Shown: positions 1 through 9,125 of the stretch, one piece after another
Numbering within the stretch: position 1 is the stretch's first letter
Layout of the letters: each line of letters opens with the position of its first letter
From: an uncultured Acidimicrobiia bacterium
Lineage (GTDB): Bacteria; Actinomycetota; Acidimicrobiia; Acidimicrobiales; AC-14
Assembly (NCBI GenBank): GCA_963790325.1
Contig: CAWBNY010000004.1
Coordinates: 4,210-68,209, forward strand
Length of the DNA: 64,000 bases
Direction of reading: 5' to 3'
Notes under the pieces: generated by a model
Databases searched by the model: none
What the model was told of the DNA's origin: nothing
The model's input: only the letters and a program-made list of their open reading frames with translations
Position numbers and translations under genes: made by a program

Positions 1-356
1 GTCGAACCGTTGACATCGAGCAGGCGGCACGGGTAGCGCGGGGCAGGACTGTTGCCCCCGGCGTGCGGGCGGTCATCGTGCCCGGTTCTCGGCGCGTCTC
101 CGACGAGGCGACACGACTCGGTTATCGAGCCACGCTTGAGGAGGCCGGGTTTGAGTGGCGGGAGCCGGGTTGCTCCTCGTGCGCAGCCGTGAACGGTGAC
201 ATCATCCCGCCACGGGAACGATGCATTTCCAGCACGAATCGTAACTTTGAGGGGCGCCAAGGGCCCGGTTCGATCACCCATCTCGCTAGCCCGGCCACGG
301 TGGCAGCGTCGGCCATTGTCGGACGCGTCGCCGATCCGCGGGATGTGGTGTCGTGA
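1..356 (+). CDS. aconitase-family (3-isopropylmalate dehydratase-type) large subunit, C-terminal part; 5' end outside window
   Basis: Frame 3 is open from the window edge. It contains GCSSCAAVNGD and the aconitase-family signature STNRNFEGRQG. Its stop overlaps the next start (GTGA). Confidence 0.85.
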   Translation, partial: RTVDIEQAARVARGRTVAPGVRAVIVPGSRRVSDEATRLGYRATLEEAGFEWREPGCSSCAAVNGDIIPPRERCISSTNRNFEGRQGPGSITHLASPATVAASAIVGRVADPRDVVS

Positions 357-922
357 AAACGATTGAGGGGACCGGTCTTCCATTGATGCGCGACTACGTC
401 GACACCGACATCATCGCACCAGCGACCGAGTTGCTCGTCGTAACATCCCAGGGGTTGGCTGAAATCGCCTTCAAGAACTGGCGCGTCCATGACGACGGGA
501 CTGCGCTCGACACGGTCTTCAACGACCGTAGGTATCTCTACTCAACGGTCCTTCTGGCAGGAGAGATGTTCGGCTGTGGATCGAGCCGTGAGCATGCGGT
601 CTGGGCGCTCAAGGCGTTCGGGATTCGCGTCATCGTTGCAAAAAGTTTCGGAGAGATCTTCCAGAGGAATGCGGCCAGAAACGGTATCGTTCCAGTGGTG
701 GTCTCTGACGCGACACTCCAGGCTCTTGCCGAGCGAACGCGAGTTTCCGTGCCGCCGGCCATCACTTTCCATCTCGACGCTCAGGCGGGGAGAGTAGGCG
801 ACCTCGAATTCTCCTTCGAGTTGACCGCCGAGACTGTTCGATTTGTCGTCGACGGCTACGACGAGATCGATGCAACCATGAAGCTGTTGGGACTCACAGA
901 TGAGTGCGCGATGCCAAGTTAG
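353..922 (+). CDS. aconitase-family small subunit (LeuD-like swivel domain)
   Basis: It has DTDIIAP and the FGCGSSREHAVWAL motif typical of LeuD/HacB small subunits. It is coupled to the upstream large subunit. Confidence 0.9.
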   Translation: MKTIEGTGLPLMRDYVDTDIIAPATELLVVTSQGLAEIAFKNWRVHDDGTALDTVFNDRRYLYSTVLLAGEMFGCGSSREHAVWALKAFGIRVIVAKSFGEIFQRNAARNGIVPVVVSDATLQALAERTRVSVPPAITFHLDAQAGRVGDLEFSFELTAETVRFVVDGYDEIDATMKLLGLTDECAMPS

Positions 923-965
923 TTAGGAATCAGCCAGTACCGGTCTCTCACCGTGGCCAACGGGT

Positions 966-986
966 CCGCTGATGAATCCTCAGCGG
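966..986 (+). terminator. weak hairpin downstream of the LeuD-like gene
   Basis: A 7-bp stem CCGCTGA/TCAGCGG flanks a 7-nt loop. There is no T-tract. It lies in the convergent intergenic region. Confidence 0.25.
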
Positions 987-1198
987 GAGCCTCACGGCAC
1001 CTCGCAAAGTACTGTGCAAAAACCACCCTCCATAACCAGGCTAAGCCACGCGTCGACCGGTGCGCCCTATCCCGGCCGCGGCGACAAGCGGCTCACGAGC
1101 AAGAGGTTCACGACCCGGTCCCCTGGTACCTGCACGCCCGCCAAGAAATCTTGCGAGCCTCAGCCGCCCCCTGAATAGTCACTTGAATCAACAAGATA

Positions 1199-1948
1199 CT
1201 AGTCCGTCTCGATCTTCAGGGTTTCGTGGTTGAAGTTGAGCTCGGGGAACGTCGGGTAGCGCTCCCGCATCACTTGATAGTAACGATCGACGCGCGGGTC
1301 GAGGGTCGGCAGGTACTTCTGCACCTCGATCCATGGAATGACTCCGTCTCGGCACAGGTAAGGGCGCCCGAGACTGCAATCGATTATCGTCGCCGCTTTG
1401 GTCGAGTAGGTGTCCAGCGCCTCGACTTGTGTCGGCCCCCCGTCGACGACGAGATCGACCCCAGAACCGATGTCGACGATGGCCTTCTCCAAAGAGACCC
1501 GGATCTGGCCTTGACCGGAGAGGTTCGCAGAGGTTGCGGCTACGGGACCAATGAACTTGGCTGAAACCAAGGACAAGCACTGGTCGTCGGCATGGGTGAC
1601 TGCAACAGTCATCAAACCGCAGGTCAGGCTTAGTGGGAAGTCAAGCTTCTGGGGAAAGATAAACCCGATCGGGCCGGGCAGCAAGTGTTCAAGAGCGTCG
1701 CCGGGGAACCATGCGGGGATGCGTACGTAGTCGGCGATCGCCTGGAGCGATGGAGCGACAACGGACAGGGGAGCTACACGATGGCGCTTCTTTACCTCAA
1801 ACACTCGCCGAATCGCCTCGGGATCGAGGGCGTCGCAGACCAGGACATAGTTGGTGATGGTCGGGCAGACCACAAGTCCCCCGCTACGAAGCACCTCGAC
1901 AGCAAGATCGATTCCGGCTTTGGTATTCTCTACAATCTTCGCCCCCAT
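1199..1948 (-). CDS. YrdC/Sua5-domain protein (threonylcarbamoyl-adenylate synthase-like adenylate-forming enzyme) with about 55-aa C-terminal tail
   Basis: Contains VKKRHRVAPLSVV and TSANLSGQ motifs of the YrdC/Sua5 fold. It is the last gene of the minus-strand operon. Confidence 0.8.
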   Translation of the reverse strand: MGAKIVENTKAGIDLAVEVLRSGGLVVCPTITNYVLVCDALDPEAIRRVFEVKKRHRVAPLSVVAPSLQAIADYVRIPAWFPGDALEHLLPGPIGFIFPQKLDFPLSLTCGLMTVAVTHADDQCLSLVSAKFIGPVAATSANLSGQGQIRVSLEKAIVDIGSGVDLVVDGGPTQVEALDTYSTKAATIIDCSLGRPYLCRDGVIPWIEVQKYLPTLDPRVDRYYQVMRERYPTFPELNFNHETLKIETD

Positions 1949-1951
1949 CGG

Positions 1952-3136
1952 TCACCCGCAGCGCTCGGGGTTTGCCATCAGTTGCGTGTGCAAGGACAGA
2001 AACAGCTCAGGATCGTTATACTGTGCTGGTCTGTTGCTGGCCTTGATCGCGCTGAAGACCTTGTCGACGAGTTCATCGGTGGGCGTCAGGTTGAGAGCCT
2101 CGAACTTGTCGACGACCAGTGTTCGACCCAGGCTGCCGTTGATGAGAAACTGCCAGTGCCGACCAAAAACTTCTGGCTCCACGAACTCGTAAGTGCTTCG
2201 GTCCTTCTTCATTCCATCAATGTGTATTCCGGCATAGCTCGCGAAAGCGTTGGCACCGAAGATCGGCTTGGAGCTCGATATCGGCAACTCCATTAGTTCG
2301 CGCATCCGTTCGAACACCGGTACCAGCTTGTCGAGGCGAATCCCGCACTGCTTGCCGTAGTACTTAGGCTTATAATGTAAGGCGCATGCGACCTCCTCAA
2401 TGGGCGCATTTCCGGCCCGTTCACCGATTCCACCGATGGTTCCCTGGAAGATGTCGGCGCCTGCCTTGATCGCCGCGAGTGAGTTTGCGGTAGCAAGGCC
2501 CATGTCGTTATGAACGTGGATTGCGAGCTTGGCCGCTCCGCCGACGAAGTCGCGGATCCGTGAGACGTACTCGGCACATTCCTCCGGGATGAAGGCACCG
2601 AGCGTGTCAGGAATAGCCAAGGTCGTGGCTCCCCGGGTGATACAGATCTCGATGCAGCGTTGAAGGAAGTCCAGCGAACCCCTGGACGCATCCTCGAATC
2701 CGGCCGTGATGTCTTGAATCCCGTATCTCTTGCACAGGTCGATCGCACGCTCCATCTCCTCGACGTAGGCGGCGAAGGTCATCTTCCGTTTCCGCTCAAG
2801 GTGGATCTCCGAACCAGTGAACATGAGCTGGACTTGGACGCCATCGGGGTTGACGATTGCGTCCGCCGTGCGCCGGAGATCTCTGTCGGTCGGGCGTGCT
2901 AGCATGCTCAACTTACAAGTGCGTTCCCGTGCAGTAAGCGTTTTGGTCAGTTCGAAATCGATCTCGGAGGCGGCTGGGAACCCGGTTTCGATATAGTCAA
3001 GCCCGGTATCTTCGAGCAGGTCGAACAGTTCAAGGCGCTCATCCAGACTCAGGCAAACCGGCTCGCCTTGGAGACCATCGCGAAGGGTCGTGTCGAAGAA
3101 CTCGACACGACCGAGTTGCGACGACATCGCGGTCAC
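1952..3136 (-). CDS. 2-isopropylmalate/homocitrate synthase family (HMGL-like aldolase)
   Basis: Contains FFDTTLRDGLQ, HVHNDMGLATANSLAAIKAGA and GIGERAGNAPIEEV motifs. Confidence 0.9.
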   Translation of the reverse strand: MTAMSSQLGRVEFFDTTLRDGLQGEPVCLSLDERLELFDLLEDTGLDYIETGFPAASEIDFELTKTLTARERTCKLSMLARPTDRDLRRTADAIVNPDGVQVQLMFTGSEIHLERKRKMTFAAYVEEMERAIDLCKRYGIQDITAGFEDASRGSLDFLQRCIEICITRGATTLAIPDTLGAFIPEECAEYVSRIRDFVGGAAKLAIHVHNDMGLATANSLAAIKAGADIFQGTIGGIGERAGNAPIEEVACALHYKPKYYGKQCGIRLDKLVPVFERMRELMELPISSSKPIFGANAFASYAGIHIDGMKKDRSTYEFVEPEVFGRHWQFLINGSLGRTLVVDKFEALNLTPTDELVDKVFSAIKASNRPAQYNDPELFLSLHTQLMANPERCG

Positions 3137-4236
3137 GCTTGGCCCACCGGGGCCTTGCGACCATCCAGATCGAGGGTCAGACCGTTGTCATACGGCCCAC
3201 GGACCACGACGTTCTCCACGTCGAACTGCATGAACATATAGCGACGCAGAATCGAATCCGGGATGACGTGGGACGAGTCAGTGAAGTCTCGTTGGAACGT
3301 CTGCTCGATGAAGCGGTTCCGCAACTCGTCGTCAGTTCGAAGGAGCTCGAGGAAAGCCTCGTTGTCCGACGATGAGCGGTCGCCGCTCACTCGCGGCAAT
3401 GCGTTGGTGTCAAGTAGAGAGAAGAGGTTCACCCCCTCATCGACGAGCACTCCATGAGTGTGGGAGGCGATGCGGAACACGTTGGTGGAGCGCTCCGTTG
3501 CTCGCGCTCCACCCTTTGCGCGGTCATGGGGATTCTCGAAGAACATCCGCTCAAGCAACTCGCGATCCCGCCAATCGGGGTCGTCCACGAGCACGCGTTG
3601 GGCGAATCCGACGACGACTCCCATACGTGGACCGTAGTTTCGGCCGGGGCGAGCGAAGTAGTCGATGTCCTGGAGGATGTTGCGGCCCTCAATCGGTGCG
3701 TGACGCAGAGAGGTCCCCCACCAGGCATCGAACTCACATATTCCAACGAACCCCACCAGCCGCTCCATCGGCGCGTTACCCAAGTCCGCTTCCACTCCAA
3801 TTCCGCCAGTGAACGAGATGAGCATATCCTGCATTGTCGGCTGGAGTTCCGCGTTGACGCGGAGTGTGTCCGAACCCCACCAGACTTTCCAGTCGTAGTC
3901 CGCGAGGCCAGACATTCCAATGCTATACGGAGCTACGTACTCGACTTCTGCGGGAGCTCGACCGTCGAGGAACCGCTGCTTGAGCCCGACTTTCGACACG
4001 GAGTCGCCGGCCCGTTCCAGTCCTTCAGCCGTTTGCTTCACGAAGAACCGGCCATCGACAAAGCACGAATCGGCGATATCGGCGACGTCGTCGGAAAATG
4101 AGCACACGCCCAGACCGAACCTCATTTGGCGATCGACGAAGTGATCCTTGTTGAGAAGCTTGGCGGGTTCGATGCACCCGTCGAAGACGCTCCTGATGTC
4201 ACCATAAAGATAAGCGGTGTTTCGTTGGGTTGTCAT
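3133..4236 (-). CDS. hypothetical protein (367 aa, no motif recognised)
   Basis: A long ORF with 4-nt overlaps to both neighbours and the same low-GC3 codon usage as the island. I could not recognise any family. Confidence 0.6.
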   Translation of the reverse strand: MTTQRNTAYLYGDIRSVFDGCIEPAKLLNKDHFVDRQMRFGLGVCSFSDDVADIADSCFVDGRFFVKQTAEGLERAGDSVSKVGLKQRFLDGRAPAEVEYVAPYSIGMSGLADYDWKVWWGSDTLRVNAELQPTMQDMLISFTGGIGVEADLGNAPMERLVGFVGICEFDAWWGTSLRHAPIEGRNILQDIDYFARPGRNYGPRMGVVVGFAQRVLVDDPDWRDRELLERMFFENPHDRAKGGARATERSTNVFRIASHTHGVLVDEGVNLFSLLDTNALPRVSGDRSSSDNEAFLELLRTDDELRNRFIEQTFQRDFTDSSHVIPDSILRRYMFMQFDVENVVVRGPYDNGLTLDLDGRKAPVGQA

Positions 4237-6227
4237 TCTCTTGCTCCTGCGAGTCGGCTAGTTCCGGCAAGAATTTCGCTCATTTGTTCCGCAGTCAGGC
4301 GTGGACGGCCGTTCATGGCCCGCACTGCGTTGAACCGCTCGACTCCCGGACCGAGTACCGTAGGATCGATCCGACAGTCGATAACAACCGGTTCATTGCG
4401 GTCGATCAACTCGTCTATGAACTTTTTAGTGATCATGCCGGGCTTCTCGACTACGACGCATCGTAGGCCCTGAGCCTGCGCGACCCGTTCGAGGTTGACC
4501 GGCCGCCGAAACGACAGTTCGTCAACTAAGAGCTGCTCGGAGACCGCGGCGAAACCCTGGTACACCGTCGAGAGCCGATAGTCGTTGAGGATGAAGATGA
4601 GCAACGAGCTTTCGATGTTTGAGGCCAGGCACGACAGCTCGTTGTTCATACTAACCGAACCGTCCCCGACGATACACACGGTCGGAGGAGCATCTGGACC
4701 TTCCATGTCCCGGGCTCCAAGGGTCACCCCAACCGAGGCCGCAACGGCATACCCCATCGTGTCGAAGCCACCGGGTTGGAACAGGCGCCAATCGCGCCGG
4801 AAGTGGATATAATGCGACGCGTAGAGCTTGCTTGTGCCGGTGTCGGCGACTATGTTCACTCTGGGTCGGTGGGCAAGGGCCTCGCTGAGTTCGAAGACAA
4901 CTCGCTGTCCGGTGAGTTTGGTGTCGTCACGCAAGGTCTCCTCGACCCGGTCGAGGTTGCACGGATGAAGATGGCGGAAGGTCTTTAGACGTTCCGACTG
5001 ATCGAGATGGGCGAAGCGGCGCCGGTCCTTGCGGATGACCTCAGTCAACGCAACCAGGAACGCGCGGATGTCTTGTCGACAGTACGTGCGGCGACGGCTT
5101 TCGACGCCCTTGGCCATGCCTCGACCGAAGACGTGTGGGTTTCGATCCACGTGCACGAGCTCTGGGCGCTTCAGCGCCTCGCTGAAGGAGTTGGTACCGT
5201 ATTCACCAAGCGAGGTACCCAGTGCCAGGACGAGGTCGACTGGCTCATCTTCCAGCCATTTCACTGGTCGTACATGAGGGAAGATACTGTGCTGTCCGAG
5301 AAACAGCGGCGAATCGTGGTCAGCGGCGGCGACACCCTTGGCGGTCGTGATGAGCGGAACCTGGAGCAAGTCTACGAGGGCCATCAACTCCTTCTCGGCA
5401 TTGGCCTGCGAGATTCCGTTGCCTGCGAACACAACCGGCCGTTTGGTTCTTTCCAGGAGCCGGGCCACCATGTGCGCATCTTGATCGAGGGATCCGGGCA
5501 TAGTTGTCGGTCCGGCGATCGAAAGGTCCGGCGCTGAAGTCTCGCTGCACCACCACGGCTGCTGCTTGAGGTTGATTCGAGCGCCCAGCACGTCGGTGCC
5601 GATGTGCAGATGGACCGGTCCGCGGCGTGGTTGATCGACATCGCCGACGAGGCACCGCGCTACTTCAGCGAAGCTCTCAAGGAAGTCGTCGGCGTTGCCG
5701 ACGTTCTTCTGACACACAGTGAGTCCGCGTATCACCTCAGCGATGTCACATTGGAAGCTCAGGGTGTCTTGCAACGCCCCGAGACGCTTTTTTGCTTCAG
5801 GGATCGTACCGTGCACCAAAAGCACAGCATCGTTATCCGAAGCGGCCTGCGCAAGCCCCGTCACAGCGTTCAGTGCAGCTGGGCCAGCTGTCGTCACGAC
5901 GACGCCGAACCGACGCGTAACCTGCGAATAACCCTGCGCCATGTAGGCCGCTCCGCCTTCGTGGGCGGACAGGACAAACTTTATTCCATCAGCATTGTGC
6001 GCAGCAGCCACGAAAGGGACAACATAGCCCCCTGGTATCCCGAAGACATGATGAACAGACTGAACCCTTAAGAAGTCTAACAGCGCGGTAGAAACCGTCG
6101 GCGATTCATCAGTCGATTGCACGATCACCGGGACCGTGGTCGTCCTCGCTTCGTCAATGTCCAGTTCCTGGGTCGGCATGTCGCGACTCCTCGTCACCGT
6201 TTCGACTTCCGTTCGTCGGAGGCTCAC
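4233..6227 (-). CDS. thiamine-diphosphate-dependent enzyme, acetolactate synthase large-subunit-like
   Basis: The N-terminal TPP-pyrimidine domain shows FGIPGG...HEGGAAYMAQGY...TAGPAALN, and the C-terminal TPP-binding motif is IVGDGSVSMNNELS. An alternative start lies at 6179 (MPTQEL). Confidence 0.9.
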   Translation of the reverse strand: MSLRRTEVETVTRSRDMPTQELDIDEARTTTVPVIVQSTDESPTVSTALLDFLRVQSVHHVFGIPGGYVVPFVAAAHNADGIKFVLSAHEGGAAYMAQGYSQVTRRFGVVVTTAGPAALNAVTGLAQAASDNDAVLLVHGTIPEAKKRLGALQDTLSFQCDIAEVIRGLTVCQKNVGNADDFLESFAEVARCLVGDVDQPRRGPVHLHIGTDVLGARINLKQQPWWCSETSAPDLSIAGPTTMPGSLDQDAHMVARLLERTKRPVVFAGNGISQANAEKELMALVDLLQVPLITTAKGVAAADHDSPLFLGQHSIFPHVRPVKWLEDEPVDLVLALGTSLGEYGTNSFSEALKRPELVHVDRNPHVFGRGMAKGVESRRRTYCRQDIRAFLVALTEVIRKDRRRFAHLDQSERLKTFRHLHPCNLDRVEETLRDDTKLTGQRVVFELSEALAHRPRVNIVADTGTSKLYASHYIHFRRDWRLFQPGGFDTMGYAVAASVGVTLGARDMEGPDAPPTVCIVGDGSVSMNNELSCLASNIESSLLIFILNDYRLSTVYQGFAAVSEQLLVDELSFRRPVNLERVAQAQGLRCVVVEKPGMITKKFIDELIDRNEPVVIDCRIDPTVLGPGVERFNAVRAMNGRPRLTAEQMSEILAGTSRLAGARE

Positions 6228-6779
6228 AACGCATCTTCTTCAACGCTCCTGTTCGCCCGTGCCAAGTAGATGACGGCTCGGGACGTCGTGATACAACTTT
6301 CCGCACGGAGTAGGACCCTCGTCCTGTCGCTCCACCGCATCCTGGGACGCCCCCCGCCGGGCCAAGAAATCGCGGGCACGAGGAACGACGACCGGGGTCC
6401 CGCAGGAGGAACCTCGACCGGTACCCCCCTCGCCGACATCGTCCGGAGCCTCCGCCCCAGGTCGAAACGTCCCGTAAGACCCGTCCGGTGGACAGTCCGG
6501 TGACGGAGGGCTATGCGGTGCGCGGCACCGCTGGTCAGTCGGCGCCGCGGCGAAGCCCGACGCGATTCCGGAGTGCGCCGTTCTCGCAGAAGAACCATTC
6601 ACGGGCGGCTGCCCATCTCCGCTGACCGATTGCAGACACCGCACCGAGTCGGCGGTCCGGCGCGTTGGGCCCTGGCGGCGGTGCGCGCCAGATCTTCGCG
6701 ACAGAACGTGCGGCCTTCAACCTGACGCTGGGCCTGGTCGGCTCCAGCCTCCAGGTCCCGCTCGAGCCGGAGGTGCGAC

Positions 6780-7190
6780 ATGACAACGAACAATGCGACC
6801 CCGACGACGGAGATCGCGGTCCTTGATCCGCAGTTCTCTGATGCGGAGCGCTACGCGCTCGGCGCGTTTCTGGCCGGCTACCGCAACCAGACCCGCGACG
6901 CCTACGCCTTGGATCTCCGCCAGTTCGTGGCGTCGTGTGACCAGCACGACCTGAAGCTGTTCGCCGTGCGCCGGGCAGACATCGAGTGCTTCGCCCGCGA
7001 CCTCGAGGCGCTGGGACGTGCAACTGCGACCGTCGCCCACCGTCTGTCGACGGTGGCGGGGTTCTACCGCTACGCGGACGAGGAAGGCCTGCTGTCGCCG
7101 TCGCCCGCCGCCCACGTGCGCCCGCCCGCGCATCGACTACGAGTCCCACGCCACAGGGCTCGACCGGTAGCGCCCGATATCACGTGGAAG
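6780..7190 (+). pseudogene. tyrosine recombinase/integrase, N-terminal SAM-like domain only (frameshifted and truncated)
   Basis: The sequence ERYALGAFLAGYRNQTRDAYALDLRQF...TVAHRLSTVAGFYRY is a phage-integrase N-terminal domain. Near 7125 the expected continuation (RPRIDYESHATGLDR then stop) is in another frame. The catalytic domain is absent. Confidence 0.7.
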
Positions 7191-7225
7191 CAACCTTCGA
7201 CCCAGCCGGCTCGGGTCGTGGTCGG

Positions 7226-7876
7226 TCAGCGCTCCATGCGGCCCGTCTCGTATGCCCACATGGCGATCTCGACGCGGTTCCGGGCGCCGAGCTTGTTCAT
7301 GAGGCTGGCCAGGTGGGTCTTGACCGTGCTGAGGCTGATGTAGAGCTCGTCGGCGATCTCGGCGTTAGTGCGGCCCCGGGCCACGGTGAGGACGACCTCC
7401 TCCTCCCGGGCCGTGAGCGGCTCGATGGGCTGGGCCGGCGTCGCCGCCCGCGGGGTCGAGAAGGCGGCCAGCAACCGGGCCGTCACGCTCGGGGCGATGA
7501 GGGCGTCGCCGCGGGCGGCAGCCTGGACGGCCTGCACCAGCAGCTCGGGCCCGGCGTCCTTGAGCAGGAACCCGCGGGCGCCAGCCTTGAGGGCGCCGTG
7601 CACGTATTCGTCGACGTCGAACGTGGTGATGACCACGACCGCCAGCGGATCCTCGACGTCGGGTCCGGCCAGCTGGCGGGTCGCCTCGATGCCATCGACA
7701 TCGGGCATGCGGATGTCGAACAGGCACACGTCGGGTCGCAGCCGGCGGGCCAGGGCCACCGCCTCGCGCCCGTCGGCGGCGGCGCCGACGACCTCGATGT
7801 CGGGGTGGGCGTCGAGGATCATCCGCAGCCCGGTGCGGATGATCTCCTGGTCGTCGGCGAGGAGGACGCGGATCAC
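7226..7876 (-). CDS. NarL/LuxR-family response regulator
   Basis: The receiver domain shows VLLADDQ...DVCLFDIRMPDVDG, and the LuxR HTH shows LTAREEEVVLTVARGRTNAEIADELYISLSTVKTHL. I chose the GTG at 7876 because it overlaps the kinase stop (GTGA); the ORF track extends to 7918. Confidence 0.9.
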   Translation of the reverse strand: MIRVLLADDQEIIRTGLRMILDAHPDIEVVGAAADGREAVALARRLRPDVCLFDIRMPDVDGIEATRQLAGPDVEDPLAVVVITTFDVDEYVHGALKAGARGFLLKDAGPELLVQAVQAAARGDALIAPSVTARLLAAFSTPRAATPAQPIEPLTAREEEVVLTVARGRTNAEIADELYISLSTVKTHLASLMNKLGARNRVEIAMWAYETGRMER

Positions 7877-9018
7877 GACCCGCCCCGGCCCCGGGGCAGC
7901 ACGGCCTGCACCGTCCACCCCCGGTTGCGGCTGGGGCCGGCCTCCAGGGTCCCGCCGAGCAGCTTGGCCCGCTCGGCCATGCCGAGCAGCCCGAACCCCG
8001 ACGACGAGCGAGGGTCGAACGCGCCGGCGTCCCCGTCGTCGCCCACCGTGAGCCGCACGCAGTCCTCGTCACCGTGCACGGTGACCTCGATGCGGGTGGC
8101 GTGGCGGGCGTGGCGGCGGGCGTTGGTGATCGACTCCTGGGCCAACCGGTAGAGGGTGGCGTCGACCGAGGGCCGCAGGCTGTCGAGGTCGCCCGAGAGC
8201 TCCACGTCGACGCGGGGCCCCGCGCCGCCGGTGGCGAGGCGCTCGATGTCGGCGACGCCGCGCTGCGGCGCGCGGTCGGGCTCCTCGCCCTGGCGCAGAG
8301 CACCGACCATGGCCCGCATCTCGGCCAGCGTCCGCGACGCCTCCTCCTCGATGACGGCGAGGGCGTCGAGGGCGGCGGACGGGTCGGACGCGGCGACCAC
8401 GCGGCCGGCCTGGGCCCGGATGGCGATGGCCGACACGTGGTGGGCGACGGTGTCGTGGAGCTCGCGGGCCAGCTGCTCCCGCTCGAGCAGCTTGACCTGG
8501 TCCATCCCCCGGTGGTGCTCCTTGTCCCGATAGCGGACGGCCACGCCGATGGCGGCCACCAGCAGCAGGAACACGCCGCCCAGGAACAGGTCGCTGATCG
8601 GCTGCGGGTCGCTGGCGCTGAGAAGGAGCGGGACCAGCAGGACGAGGGCCCCGAGCGTGGCCTCCCGGCCCGAACCCCATCGGTACAGCGCGTAGACGAG
8701 CAGGACCGAGAACACGCTGGTGTTCAGGCCCCGCCAATCGACGCCGGCCGCCAGCGAGACGATGTCGACGACGGCGAACGTGCCGAAGGCGGCCACCACG
8801 ACGGCAAGCGGGTGCGTGCGCCGCCAAAGCAGCGTCGGCACCAGCGCCAGCGTGATCACGACCGAGGCGGCCCGCCAGACCAGCTCGTCGGCGAGTACGC
8901 CTTCGAGCACGGCGACCGGCACCAGCCCGACGACCAGCGCCCAGTCCCGCCACACGCGCGCCGGCGGGTCCGGGGCGCGAGGCTCGGCCCACAACGAACG
9001 AGCCGCGTCTCGGAGCAC
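7873..9018 (-). CDS. sensor histidine kinase (HisKA_3 / DesK-NarX type)
   Basis: It has N-terminal transmembrane segments, the H-box LARELHDTVAHHVSAI and a C-terminal HATPase region. Confidence 0.9.
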   Translation of the reverse strand: MLRDAARSLWAEPRAPDPPARVWRDWALVVGLVPVAVLEGVLADELVWRAASVVITLALVPTLLWRRTHPLAVVVAAFGTFAVVDIVSLAAGVDWRGLNTSVFSVLLVYALYRWGSGREATLGALVLLVPLLLSASDPQPISDLFLGGVFLLLVAAIGVAVRYRDKEHHRGMDQVKLLEREQLARELHDTVAHHVSAIAIRAQAGRVVAASDPSAALDALAVIEEEASRTLAEMRAMVGALRQGEEPDRAPQRGVADIERLATGGAGPRVDVELSGDLDSLRPSVDATLYRLAQESITNARRHARHATRIEVTVHGDEDCVRLTVGDDGDAGAFDPRSSSGFGLLGMAERAKLLGGTLEAGPSRNRGWTVQAVLPRGRGGS

Positions 9019-9125
9019 GGCCCCACCCTAAGGAACGGCGGCGCCCGACGGATCGGCCGAAAGTACGGCCCGCGAATGACCGGATGCCCGATGTGGCGGC
9101 CGGCCCCGATCCGGACGATGGGTCC

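Larger units (their letters stand above)
1..7190. mobile_element. putative horizontally acquired genomic island (low-GC3 biosynthetic genes plus integrase remnant); left end outside window
   Basis: Codon usage in 1-6227 is visibly mixed (many A/T-ending codons), while third positions to the right are almost all G/C. A truncated tyrosine recombinase lies at 6780-7190. The boundaries are inferred. Confidence 0.5.

Noticed and set aside
6240-6780. Several 60-130-aa ORFs in both strands between the TPP enzyme and the integrase fragment.
   Set aside because: They overlap one another in different frames, are Arg/Pro-rich and show no motif. The region is treated as a degraded spacer.
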